A stretch of DNA of 62,974 nucleotides, counting the filler, from Octopus bimaculoides (taxonomy: Eukaryota): the NCBI RefSeq assembly GCF_001194135.2. It is 4 parts of 4 records of this genome, joined end to end, with 100 filler letters (N's around TTAATTAATTAA, not from the genome) between each part and the next. Parts side by side here need not be neighbours in the genome. Positions count along the whole stretch, not along the records: positions 1 to 29,972 come from NC_068988.1; positions 30,073 to 48,146 come from NC_068987.1; 2 more parts are not named here. One strand, written 5' to 3'. Below the pieces are notes generated by a model. It was not told where the DNA came from. It saw nothing but the letters and a program-made list of their open reading frames with translations, and ran no database searches. A program made the position numbers and the translations under genes. The first letter of the stretch is position 1; the number at the start of each line of letters is the position of its first letter. Of the stretch, positions 28,721 to 41,793 are shown piece after piece.

Positions 28721-29351
28721 ATCACATAAATATTCTCATAGAAAGATAACAAGGAAAATAAAGTTACGTTTATGAATTTGTGCTACAAGATTTCTGATGT
28801 GAAACAGTGTCATGAAACAGATATTGCTGTATTTCGGGATAGTCATTTTTTTTTTTCCAAATAAGCACTATATATTCGTTGTACTCTAGTTTATTACTGT
28901 TCTTAATTTGACTCATACCCCTCGTCCGGAAATCTGTCGTCACACATCTGTGACCGCTTCAGCGACACATTGAAAACCAGATTTTATGTGGTTAGGCCAG
29001 GAATTTGAAGAAAGTTCCCTGTAAATCTGACGACACTTCTAGTTATCTTTCTATTCCTCACTAAATTATTTTTAAAATACGGGGTGACAACGCAAAGCAG
29101 TGATCTGTATAAATTCAAACCTCTTACCAATTCAAAAATCCTTGAAACATATTCATATATTGTTTCTCTCTTCATCTCTCTCTCTCTCTCTCTCTCACTC
29201 TCTCTCTCTCTCTTTCTTTCTTTCTATCTGTGTATGTATCTATCTATCTTTCTATCTATCTTTCTGTCTATCTCTATCTCTATGAATATGTATTTGTCTT
29301 TTTTCTAACTTTATACTTTTCATTTCATCTGTTTACCACTGACTCATTTCG

Positions 29352-29407
<56 letters not shown>

Positions 29408-29972
29408 TTTTTCATCCAATATATCTTACTTATGAATACAGAGACAAGTAACTGTAGCGCCTTGCTTGCCAGGCTGATGCAGTCAACCCAGCATCATAGC
29501 TACGTTTCATATTAAACCGTCCGGACACAATATCAACGATGTCTGATAGAAAACGTTGCTCCAAATAAGCAGTTCTGTCATATTGTTAGACTACTGGAGA
29601 CATTATTCTTGTGTAGTGGACATGAGGCAAGAGTTGATAACAGATAATTATTGTCTCTGATAAACTGCAACTCCCCGCTCTCTCTCTCACTCTTTCTCTA
29701 TCTCTCTATCATCTTCTCTTACCCCCTCTCTTTCTCTTTCTCTTTTTCTTTCTCTTTCGCTCTCTCTCTCTCACTCTCGCTAGCTGGGCTGTTCGTGTAC
29801 CCGCTCTCTTTTTGTCCGGCAAGCAGTGTACTGCACGAGCATCTTCAGCAATTACATTTATACATGTATTTGTAAGTGCGTTTATATACAACTGTATCTC
29901 TTTCTATTTTGTTCGTGTGTGCATACATAATAACATACACACACACACACACAAATATATATATATATATAT

Positions 29973-30072
29973 NNNNNNNNNNNNNNNNNNNNNNNNNNNN
30001 NNNNNNNNNNNNNNNNTTAATTAATTAANNNNNNNNNNNNNNNNNNNNNNNNNNNNNNNNNNNNNNNNNNNN
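29973..30072. other. Artificial 100-bp assembly spacer (44 N + TTAATTAATTAA + 44 N)
   Basis: Identical layout at three places; the 12-mer gives stops in all six frames. Confidence 0.95.
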
Positions 30073-30576
30073 ATATATATATATATATATATATGTATAT
30101 GTATATATATATAATGTATGCATATAAACACACAAGCATACGTGTATGCATACATGCATACATACATACATACATACATACATACACACATACATACATA
30201 CAAGGATATGTACATACATATGGTTTTAGAACAGATACACCATCCTTGCATGTCAAAAGAAATTACTTATAGAGTTTAGCATCTGAAAAAGTATCCAACC
30301 ATAAAACATTGTCTTAGAAAACCTGCCCAATCCATGCCAGCATGGAAAAAAAGAGTACTTATAATAATGATGATGGTAATGATGATGAACGCTTACATTT
30401 TTTTATATTATAGTTGTATATTTATTCTGTACTTAATTATCTGTCTTAATGATTCGTGTACACATCTCCACTCCCAAAACCAAAAATTAATTGGAAATTA
30501 AAGTACATATATGTGAGGAGCTATATATCATAACCATATGTAAAAAAAATGATAAAGTAAATTGTTTTATCTTATA

Positions 30577-30975
30577 GGCGCAGGAGTGGCTGTGTGGTAA
30601 GTAGCTTGCTTACCAACCACATGGTTCTGGGTTCATTCCCACTGCGCAGCACCTTCTACTATAGCCTCGGGCCGACCAAAGCCTTGTGAGTTGATTTGGT
30701 AGACGGAAACTGAAAGAAGCCTGTCGTATATATGTATATGTATGTGTGTGTATATGTTTGTGCGTCTGTGTTTGTCCCCCCAGCATTGCTTGACAACCGA
30801 TGCTGGTGTGTTTACGTACCTGTAATTTAGTGGTTCGGTAAAAGAGACCGATAGAATAAGTACTAGGCTTCCAAAGAATAAGTCCTGGGGTCGATTTGCT
30901 TGACTAAAAAGTGGTACTCCAGCATGGCCGCAGTCAAATGACTGAAACAAGTAAAAGAGTAAAGAGTAAAAGAGT
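30577..30975 (+). mobile_element. Full-length tRNA-headed SINE, family A
   Basis: Head ggcgcaggagtggctgtgtggtaag...gggttcattccca (A/B-box-like), an internal (TA/TG)n tract and a (aaagagt)n tail; near-identical to 45113-45526. Confidence 0.9.
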
Positions 30976-31741
30976 ATCACTGTTACATCACTGAAAACTG
31001 ATTGTTTAGACTCACACATTCCAAATTAATACTTTTATTGAATTCAAATTCTGCTGAGGTCAACTTTGTCTTTCATTCTTTTGGGATCAATTAAAATAAG
31101 TACCATGTATAGAGCATCCATGTGAACGTCATGTCAAAAGCACCCATGCTGGCAACATGCAAAAGGAATCGTGCTGGTGCCATGTAAAGAGCACCTCGTA
31201 CACTCTGTAAAATGGATGGTGTTAGGAAAGGTATCCAGCCATAGAAACCATGTCAAAACAGACAACTGGAGCCTGGTGCAGCCCTCTGGCATACTAGCTC
31301 CTGTCAAACTATTCAATCCATGCCAGCATAGAAAATGGTTGTTTATGATGATGATGATGATAATGATGAGCTCTGAGTTCAATGTAATTAACTCACTTAC
31401 TCCCCTAAAATCGTTAGCCTTGTGCCAAAACCTGAAGCCATTATTTCTATTCTTAAGGCAGTAAGCTGGCAGAATTGTTAGCACTTTGCAAAAATGCTTA
31501 GTAGCATTTATTCTGATTCATTATGTTCTGAGTTCAAACACTGCTGAAGTCAACTTATCATTTTGGGTCAATACAGGATGGCTATAAAGTTACGCACTAT
31601 CCTGCAATATATGAAATTGCTAATATTCTCATTTTTTTAAAATATCTCTTTTCACAACTGCTGATATTACTCACAAATCAATCCTCATTGGATGAAGGCA
31701 GATATTGAATAATTGTAATGGATTACCTACTTCATTGCTGT

Positions 31742-31905
31742 GGAGGCCCAATGGCCCAGTGGTTAGGGCAGCGGACTTGCGGTCAGAGGATTGTGCTTTC
31801 GATTCCCAAACCGGGCGTTGTGTGTGTTTATTGAGCAAAAACATACGCCATAGAAACCGGGAAACTGGGCCCATGAGCCTGATTAGGCTTTAAAAGGGTG
31901 CATAA
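31742..31905 (+). mobile_element. SINE family B with a large internal deletion
   Basis: Head joined directly to the tail motif gccatagaaaccgggaaactgggcccatgagcc. Confidence 0.8.
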
Positions 31906-32741
31906 ATAAAAAAAAAAAAAACTTCATTGTTAATAAAGCATACTTGATATCTCCCATTGTGCATGACTTTGTGGCTATCCTGTAGAATAAAGTACCAATC
32001 AAGTACTACACCATAATGTTTGCATCTTTGCAAACATGTAACAGTGAATAACAGAATGATGTTAGGTCTCAGCTTACATCTTGACAATTGTTGTCCTTGT
32101 ACTAAAATTTGAAGTGGCCTTTCTTCCAGTTTTACATTCTGAGTTCAAATGCCACCAAGGTTGATTTTGCCTTTCTGCCTTTTGGGTTAATGAAATAAGT
32201 ACCTGCTGAATGCAAGAGTCAATGTAATTGATCGAGTCCACCCCACTAAAATTGCTGTCCTTGTGCCAAAATTTGAAATCCTTATTATTATTAAGGCAAG
32301 TTTTGACCTTTGAGTTAAAATTTTGCTGAGGTCAACTTTGCCTTTAATCTATTTAGAGTTGACAAAATAAACTATTAGACAAGTACTGTGGTTGATATAA
32401 TCAACTTGCCCCTTGTCCCAAATTTCAGGCTTTGTGCCTATATTAGAAATAATAATTATTTTTATTATTATTCTTATTATTAAGGTGGTGAGCTGGCAGA
32501 ATTGTTAGCAAGCCAGGCAAAATGCTTAGCAGTATTTCGTCTGCCACTACGCTCAGGGTTCAAATTCCACCAAGGTCAACTTTGCCTTTCATCCTTTCAG
32601 GATCAATAAATTAAGTACCAGTGAAACACTGGGGTCAATGTAATCAACTAGTCCCCATCCACAAAATTTGAAGGCCTTGGGCCTTCAATAGAAAGGATTA
32701 CTATTAATACTATTATTATACTTATTATTATTATTATTATT

Positions 32742-33117
32742 CAGTAGTTTTATTTTTATAACGTGCTTTCACTTCATTACCGAGCGCAGCTCTGTGCGCC
32801 TTGGGTATGTGCTGTGGTTTGCTGTGGTGCTCTTATGTTTACTGTATTGAAAGTGTTTTGCGTAGGATGTGTGCAGTACCCAGTAGTGCAATTTTCTGTA
32901 TGTTATATATATTTGTAAGTCCTGCTATTTTTGTTATGTATTTGTCTGAATATTTTTTTATTATACCTAAGGCACCTACTATGATAGGAATTGTTTCTGT
33001 TTTTAGATTCCACATTCGAGTTATCTCTATTTCCAGGTCTTTGTATTTTGAAAGTTTTTCCATTTCTTTTAGAGAAACGTTGTCATCTGCTGGTATTGAT
33101 ACATCAATTAGAAAGCA

Positions 33118-33118
<1 letters not shown>
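32742..33118 (-). mobile_element. 5'-truncated R4/Dong-like LINE with intact C-terminus and 3' UTR
   Basis: CFLIDVSIPADDNVSLKEMEKLSKYKDLEIEITRMWNLKTETIPIIVGALG...IQKIALLGTAHILRKTLSIQ*; (TAA)n on both sides. Confidence 0.88.
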
Positions 33119-33157
<39 letters not shown>

Positions 33158-33642
33158 TACTAAGGTGGCGAGCAGACAGAATTGTTAGCATGTTGGATGA
33201 AATGCTTAGCAGAATTTCACCCATTGCTATGTTCTGAGTTCAAATTCCGCTGAGGTCGACTTTACCTTTCATCCTTTCAGGGTCGATAAAATAAGTACCA
33301 GTTGAACACTGGGGTTGATGTAATTGACTCATCACCTCCCCCAAAATTGCTGCTCTTGTGGAAAAATTTGAAACCAATATTATTATTATTATTATTATCA
33401 TTATTATTATTATTATTATTATTATTGAAGGCAGCGAGCTGGCAGAATCGTTAGCATGTCAAGCGAAATGGTTAGCAGTATTTCACCTGTTTTTATGTTC
33501 TGAGTTCAAATTCCGTCGGGTCAAATTTGCCTTTCATCCTTTCCGGGTCGATAAATTAAGTGCCAGTTGCATACTGGGGACAATCTAATCGACTGGCCCC
33601 CCCTCCCCCAAAACTTAAGGCTTTGTGCCTATAGCAGAAAGG

Positions 33643-33677
<35 letters not shown>

Positions 33678-34083
33678 GATTATTCATTAGCATTGTCTCA
33701 GCACCAGAGACAAGGGATTTTATTTTTGATTTGATTAGGTTGTGCCAAATATCTGTTCTGACCAAAATATATCTTTTTAATTTCTCCTAGAAATTTCTAT
33801 AACTGAAATTAGGTTTCGTAAGGCAAAACAACAATCAAAGTACTTTTGTGTTAACAGGAGGAGTGAAGAGTTTATTGAATATGAAGAAGATATTTGTTGG
33901 TGGAAGGGGGGGAGAAGATGAGGAGCATGTCAACTGTTTCAAGCAATGTTTCACAGCAAAACTTATGCAAGTAAGGAGAGACTTGGGTAAAGATATTTCT
34001 TGGTGACCTAAATTTTCTTGTGGTAAAGGCATTGGTATTTTACAGACTGTGCCTATCTAATTACCAAACTATTCCTATTAGTA

Positions 34084-34118
<35 letters not shown>

Positions 34119-34647
34119 TACTTACTCATTCTTGTTCAAGTAATTCAATTTCTGTGTCAGTGTGTGAGTGTTGTGTGTTGTCACAGCTGGCCAACTCAAA
34201 AGATAAAGTGACTGGCCAACTGGAAAGATAGGCAGTTCTTATCCGGACAACACTACAACATTGCTGCAAATGTGTACCCAGTGAGGGACACCTTACACCG
34301 AATAGCTCAGTCTGCAACTGTAAACACTATGTAAGTCATCCCAACCAGCCTAATAAAACTGACAAGTGTTTTTCATTAGCTTACAGTATTTGGATAAACT
34401 CTTACTCCGATGTGTCATACCTTTTTTTTTTCTTTTTGAGACAGTAGAGTGTGATTTCAGGGAAATTTGACTGCTATTTCTAGAATGTCATATGATTGCA
34501 AAGAAACTCGTTTTATGGCTTACACAAAATTGCCTTTATTTCAATGGTAGAACATAAATCTTAATTTTGCTTTAAGACAAAAATTATGCTATGGCAAATT
34601 TAAATGGGTGGATCCAGGTATCTTGAGGTCCTGATATTGTTTTAAAC

Positions 34648-34899
34648 TAGTGGTTCTCAACTAGGATCCTTACGACCCTTGGAGATCCATACAAGATTTT
34701 GTTGTTAAAATCTATGTGCAATGCATTGCTTATATTTCTACAATGCACCAAATATTTTAACTCTTTTTTTTTTTTTATAAAATTCCTAAGATTTTATTCT
34801 GAAAAATATAATATGATTGTTTTAAACATTGAACGGCTATGAGAGTCCAGCCAAGTAAAACTGAAATCAAAGAGGTCTATAGACGGTTGAGAACTGCTG
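34648..34899. mobile_element. hAT-type MITE with 8-bp target site duplication
   Basis: TIRs tagtggttctcaac / gttgagaactgctg; identical ttttaaac flanks at 34640-34647 and 34900-34907. Confidence 0.8.
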
Positions 34900-35784
34900 T
34901 TTTAAACCAAATCTAAAAACATAAAACAAAAATGCAACAACATAATGTAAATTCACTCATGAATGGCATTGCTTTTTCAGCAACTAAACTGCACAAAATA
35001 ACTCTGAAACCTAATGTAATAAACACCCATGAGCATGCTCTCAAACCTTGCAGACATTTGTTGTAGTTGCTGAATACAATGATGGATGATGATGAAAAAA
35101 CATGATAAAAGAATATACAAGTACTAAAACTTTTCTATAATCATCATCATTGTTTTAATGTACACTTTTTCCATGCTTGCATGTGTCAAACAGAATTTGT
35201 TGAAGTAGATTTTTTTGCTGTTAGATGCCCTTCTTGTCATTAACTTGATCGATACTTTCTTTTATTGACCCAAAATGATCAGTTGACCTCAGCAGTGTTT
35301 GAACTCAGAACATAATGAATCAGAATAAATGCTACTAAGCATTTTGTCCAACATGCTAAAAATTCTGCCAGCTTACTGCCTTAAGAATAAAAATAATGGC
35401 TTCAGGTTTTGGCACAAGGCTAACAATTTTAGGGGAGTAGGTTAGTTAATTACATTGAACTGTGCTCATCATCATCACCATCATCATCATAAACAACCAT
35501 TTTCCACTTCTGTAAGTGCAGGAATGAAATTTGTGTAGAGGGCACAAGCCCAGTTTGTAAGGAGGATGTTCAAGGCATATTCATTGCCCACCAAAAGTTT
35601 TAGGGGATGCACTCGCACCTTCTGCACCCTCTGCACCCCCTGTTCCTAAGCCTATGGCCAGTTTCCATGCAAGGTCATACTTCTCCATGTTTACACATGT
35701 ACATGTTTTCACAGAAGATTACAAGTGAAGCAGACTGCCCATATGATTGTGACAGTTATTTACAACTATCACACAATGTCAAGG

Positions 35785-35823
<39 letters not shown>

Positions 35824-36261
35824 TACATGATGAACTTACCACACAGCCATACCTGCATCTACGGTAACCTCATCAAATATACATATGTGTGCGTGAGTTT
35901 GTTTGTGTTTAAGTCCTCTTGAAATCATGTGATATGAAGGGGACTGTTCTGCCATGGAGTATGGGTCTTCTTGAGAAGACCCATATTTCACAGCAGAAGA
36001 GTTAAGGTAGCTCCTGCCGGTGAAATGGTTTGACCTTCAAGAGTCCTGTACCGGTACCACATGAAAAACACTTGTGTTGTGCCACATAAAACCACCCAGC
36101 ACCCTCTGTAGAGTGGTCAGCATTAGGAAGGGCATCCAGCCATTGAAACCATGCCAAATCAGACTAGAACCTGGTGCAGCTCTCCAGCTTACCAGTTCCA
36201 GTCACACTATCCAATTCATGTTAGAATGGAAAATGGATGTTAAATGATGATAATGATGATA

Positions 36262-36292
<31 letters not shown>

Positions 36293-37192
36293 GCTTCTTT
36301 CAGTTTCTATCTACTAAATCCACTTTTGGTAGGCTTAGTGGATATCGTAGTAAACACTTGCCCAAGATACTGCACAGTGGGACTGAACTTGAAACTATGC
36401 AGTTGGAAAGCAAACAACTTAACTACAAAGCAACAGTTGCATGTTTGTAAGCATGTGAATAACAGAGTAATGTTAGGTCTCAGCTTACATCTTGACACGC
36501 CTACCTGCTTTCTGTAATGATCACTTTCTGTTACAATGTTGCTCTCAATTATGAATTCATATAAATAGTAAATGGGTTACTGGGATTCTAGTTCCTTTGC
36601 AAACCCAATTAACTTTATTCAAATTTTGTAACAGCAATATATCTGTTTCTCAATTACTTTTATCCACAATGAAGTTCCTGAATTGCCACCCATTTATCTT
36701 TTTCAGTTTTTACTTTCATCATTCAGTCACTTTTTAACATCATTGCCTCTGCCTAGCTCTTCACTTTCCAGTGGTTCATTTTTTAAATTCTATAATGTGT
36801 ATACATAATGCATAGAAAATTCTATAATGTATAGAAAAAAAATAAGTTGTCTATATAGTCCCTACATGGTTTACAGTAGTTCATTATATCCTTTAAGTGT
36901 GCATTGCTGGTTAAAATTTAAATTGTCTACCCTATCTTCTGTAATTTGGATAAAGGTACAGTAATAAAAAAGTTTCTTTGTGACAAAAAAGATAATAACA
37001 CTCACCTAAAATAGTTTATCTTAAGAGAGCAGTAAAGCAATATGCATAACATGAATGATTTACAGTACTGGTAGGATATATTGTATTACTATAGTAATGG
37101 AGTATGTGCAGAATCACTGAATTGATAGCTTGTACACAATGAGCACAGAGCACTTCAAAATGCTAGTCTCACAATATACACCACTATCACTA

Positions 37193-37420
37193 CAACCATT
37201 TTGCTACCATATTTCTATTGAAATATACAGCCTTTGTTTCAAATCATTTTGAAAATAATTAATGATATAGTAAAATAACTTTGTCCATATTAAGATGGTG
37301 TTTACAACATAAAAATTAACATGGAATTTTAATGAAAGGTTTTAATGTAGAATACAAAACAGGGAGTTTGTATCATGGAACCAATGGTAGTCTCAGGTAG
37401 TTTGGTATCAAAAGGGTAAA
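37193..37420. mobile_element. Second, diverged copy of the piggyBac-like MITE
   Basis: Shares attgaaatatac..ctttgtttcaa..ttttgaaaataat and gggagtttgtatcat with 42748-42985. Confidence 0.5.
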
Positions 37421-37585
37421 TTTAATCCAGCTCTTGTTAAAGTGCAGGAAACAGAAATGATAAAATATAACTTGTCTAAAATATCATTAAACAATGACGA
37501 TGATGCTGATGCTGATATAAAAATGAATGTATATCATGCAATAAACCTACTGATTATATTATATTATATTATGTTATGGTATATT

Positions 37586-39837
37586 GGAAAGCCCCCGGGC
37601 CATCAGGAATCACCGCAGAAATGCTCAAAATATCTGGCGGTGTCAGCTACAGCCTAGTCACCTGTATAGTTAACCAGGTGATACATGAAGGAGTCATACC
37701 CAATGACTGGTGTAGCAGCACCATAGTCAACTGCTACAAAGGTAAAGGTGACACTTTAGACACAAACAATTACAGAGGTATCAAGTTGTTGGACCAGGTA
37801 ATGAAGGTCACGGAGAGGGTCATAGCCCAACTAATTAGGGAGAGAGTCAGTTTAGATGAGATGCAGTTTGGGTTCGTGCCAGGCAAAAGCACCACTGATG
37901 CTACATTTCTGGTAAGACAGCTGCAGGAGAAATACCTAGCCAAAGATAAACCTCTGTACCTGGCTTTCGTTGACATGGAGAAAACCTTTGACAGGGTCCC
38001 CTGATCCCTTATCTGGTGGTTAATGAGGAAACTAGAGATAGATGAATGGTTAGTGAGAGTTGTGCAAGTCATGTAAAGGGATGCTGTCAGTAAGGTGAGG
38101 GTTGGCAATGAGTACAATGAAGAATTCTGGGTAGAGGTAGGGGTCCACCAAGGATCAGTCTTCAGCCCCCTTTTATTCATCATAGTCCTCCAGGCAATAA
38201 CAGAGGAATTCAAGACAGGTTGCTCCTGGGAGCTCCTCTATGCTGATGACCTTGCTCTAATTGCTGAGTCATTATCAGAACTAGAGGAAAAGTTTCAGGT
38301 GTGGAAGCAAGGATTAGAATCAAAGGGCCTTACTTAGAGTCAACCTAGCTAAAACCAAAGTCTTAATAAGTAGGAAAGCAGACAAACCACAAATCCCTTC
38401 AGGTAGATGGCCCTGCTCGATCTGTAGAAAAGGTGTAGGTAGAAACTCCATATGATGTACTCCATAAGATGTGTAAGCTATGGACACATAAGAGGTGCAG
38501 CATTATCAAAGGAAGGCTAACTGGGAAGATAGTTTTTTGTATGTGGCAAATGCTCTGGTGCTATAAACACTGAAAATGTGCAGAGAACAGCTTCTGTCAC
38601 ATTCCAGGGAGAAAAACTAGAAGTAGTTGATAGCTTCCATTACCTAGGTGACCAAGTCAGTAGCAGGTGTGGATGCTCTGAAAGTGTAGCTGCTAGAATA
38701 AGAATAGCCTGGGTAAAGTTCAGAGAGCTCCTACCTCTGCTGGTGACAAAGGGCCTCTCACTCAGAGTAAAAGGTAAACTGTATGATGCATGTGTGCAAA
38801 CAGCCATGCTACATGGCAGTAAAACATGGGCTGTGACTGCTGAGGACATGCGTAAGCTTGCAAGGAATGAAGCCAGTATAATTTACTGGATGTGTAATGT
38901 CAGTGTGCATACACGACAGAGTGTAAGCGCTCTGAGAGAAAAGTTGGATTTAAGAAGCATCAGATGTGGTGCACAAGAGAGACAACTGCACTGGTATGGT
39001 CTTGTGTTGTGAATGAATGAGGACAGCTGTGTGAAAAAGTGTCACACCCTAGCAGTTGAGGGAACCTGTGGAAGAGGTAGACATTGGGCCTTACCAAGGC
39101 AATGACTAGTGACTGGGACCTTTGGAGATATGCTGTGCTTGAGAAGACCCCACAAGCCAAGTGAGACCATAGCCCATGGCCTATGCCAGTGGGTGTAACC
39201 AGCCCATTTATGAACACCCATCATTCATTGGACAATAAACCTTGCTTGTGAAGACCTATTGAAGCAAGTGAAATCAAAATCAAAATTGCTGATATGGCCG
39301 ATGACAGTACTGCCTGATTGGCACTCGTGCCAGTGGAATGTTGACAGCACATCCAAACATGAGGCATAGCTGGCCCACTTATGAGTACCCCTCATTCACT
39401 GGACAATGAACTTTGCTTGCAAAGATGTATTGAGACAAGTGTAAACAAATCAAAATCACTGGGGTGGCCAATGACAGAACTGCCTGATTGGCACTCATGC
39501 CAATGGAACGTTAAAAACACATCCGAGTGTGATCGTTGCCAGGGCCACAGATTGGCTCCCATGCTGGTGACACGTGAAAAGCACCATCCGAGTGTGATTG
39601 TTGCCAGCGTTGCCTTACAGGCACATGAAAAACAGCATTTGAGCGTGGTCATTACCAGTGCTGCCGGACTGGCTCTCATGCAGGTAGCACGTAAAAACAC
39701 CTTTTGATCGTGGTCTTTGCCAGAACTGTCTGACTGGCCCTTGTGCTGGTGGCATGTAAAAGCACCCACTACACTCTCAGAGTGGTTAGCGTTAGGAAGG
39801 GCATCCAGCTGGAGAAACTTTGCCAGATCAGATTGAG
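37586..39837 (+). mobile_element. 5'-truncated RTE-clade LINE: disrupted RT ORF (stop about 39164) plus long 3' UTR running into the gap
   Basis: KAPGPSGITAEMLK, NYRGIKLL, QFGFVPGKSTTDA, AFVDMEKTFDRVP, GVHQGSVFSPLLF, LLYADDLALIAE and RQLHWYG; several stops and frameshifts. Confidence 0.93.
39200..39525 (+). repeat. About 170-bp tandem duplication inside the RTE 3' UTR
   Basis: gccca.ttatga..accc.tcattca.tggacaat.aac.ttgcttg...atgacag.actgcctgattggcactc.tgcca.tggaa appears twice. Confidence 0.8.
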
Positions 39838-40088
39838 NNNNNNNNNNNNNNNNNNNNNNNNNNNNNNNNNNNNNNNNNNNNNNNNNNNNNNNNNNNNNNN
39901 NNNNNNNNNNNNNNNNNNNNNNNNNNNNNNNNNNNNNNNNNNNNNNNNNNNNNNNNNNNNNNNNNNNNNNNNNNNNNNNNNNNNNNNNNNNNNNNNNNNN
40001 NNNNNNNNNNNNNNNNNNNNNNNNNNNNNNNNNNNNNNNNNNNNNNNNNNNNNNNNNNNNNNNNNNNNNNNNNNNNATATATATATAC

Positions 40089-40160
<72 letters not shown>

Positions 40161-41707
40161 GATATATATGATGGTATAACCATCATCTTCATCATTGTTT
40201 TAACATCCACTTTTCTGTGCTTGCATTGATTGAACAAAGCTTATTGAGACAGATTTTCTACAACAGGATGCTCTTTCTGTCACTAACCCTCAACTGCTTA
40301 CAAGCAAGGTAATATTTCCCCAAGGCCAGACATGTGTCTGCAGCATACGGGCAATTAATAACACTGCTTGTCTGCCAGTGACATTCGTTTTACATCTATC
40401 TTGCAATGTCAAACAAGTAGACACAAAGATACACACACACACAGAGAGACAGACAGTCACACACACACACACACACACATGTGCGCGTGCATGCATGCAC
40501 ATATGTATGTATATATATAGATATATATTATATATATATACATATTCATACATACAATGGGTTTTTTTTCAGTTTTCAAGGCTATAGTAGAAGACACTTG
40601 CCCAAGATACCATGCAGTGGGACTGAACCTGAAACCAGATGGTTGTGAAGCAAATTTCTTTACCACAACATATACTATATAATATAAAATAAAATTGCAT
40701 AGGATTAAATTTGTGCATTGAGGGAGTCTCTACATGATTGCTAAACCTGCTGCAATAAATCTCTCTCAAGTCACAAATCTAACCATTCAAAAAGTGTGAA
40801 AGACACTTTCACTGTTATAATCTAAATACACTATTCATATAATCAAATTAGGATGGTCATGACAAGAAAATCTTCTTTGAATTTAGGATCAGGTCTTAAT
40901 GGATAGAAGACCTCTGACTGTAGCAACACAAGAATTGTGATTTCCTTCCTCCTATGTATCACCAGACTTAGAGGGGCTGCAAGAAAAAAAGAAAAAAAAA
41001 AGAAAAGAAAAAGGGAATGCGTAATATCTTTCCTGTTCTGACTAACCTATGAACACTAATAATCTAAATATCTTGATACATTTGTCCACTTTAAGTGTGT
41101 CATGCTGTCAGCATGTGACATAATTACAAGGAAATTCTGAATATTAGGTCAGAATAATTAGCCTCTATGAAGAATTGGAACAAAATTGTTATATTATTTT
41201 GGTAGCATGTGAACTGATGCTTGGATGTGCTACATTTTAATATGAACATTATATGCATATATAAATATCATCATCATCATTGTTTTAATGTCCACTTTTC
41301 CATGCTTGCATGGGTCAGATGAAGTTTACTGAGGTAGATTTTCCTACAGCCAGATTGCCTTTCCTGTTTCCAAGTAAGGTAATATTTTCCTATGGTCAGA
41401 AATGCTTTTTGCAGAATATTGGAAACGAATGACACTGTTTGTGTGACAGTGACACTCATTTACAGCTATCATGTGATGTCAATACAAGAAGACACATACA
41501 CATGTTCACACTCATACAGATACATATGTGTACATATGATGAGCTTCTTTCAGTTTCCATCTGTGAAATCTATGTACAAGGCTTTGGCTGGTCTGAGGCT
41601 ATAACAGAAGACACTTACCCAAGGTGTCACACAATGGGACTGAACCTAAAGCCATGTGGTTGAGAGGCAAATTTCTTAAGTGGCAAAGGCAAATTCATGC
41701 TTGTGCC

Positions 41708-41793
<86 letters not shown>

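Larger units (their letters stand above)
31030..33660 (+). repeat. Head-to-tail cluster of at least six SINE family C copies separated by (ATT)n
   Basis: Repeated aagg(c/t)gg(c/t)gagctggcagaat.gttagc...gagttcaaattcc...tttcatcctttc.gggtcgataaa.taagtacc at about 31030, 31455, 32120, 32300, 32482, 33164 and 33428. Confidence 0.85.
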
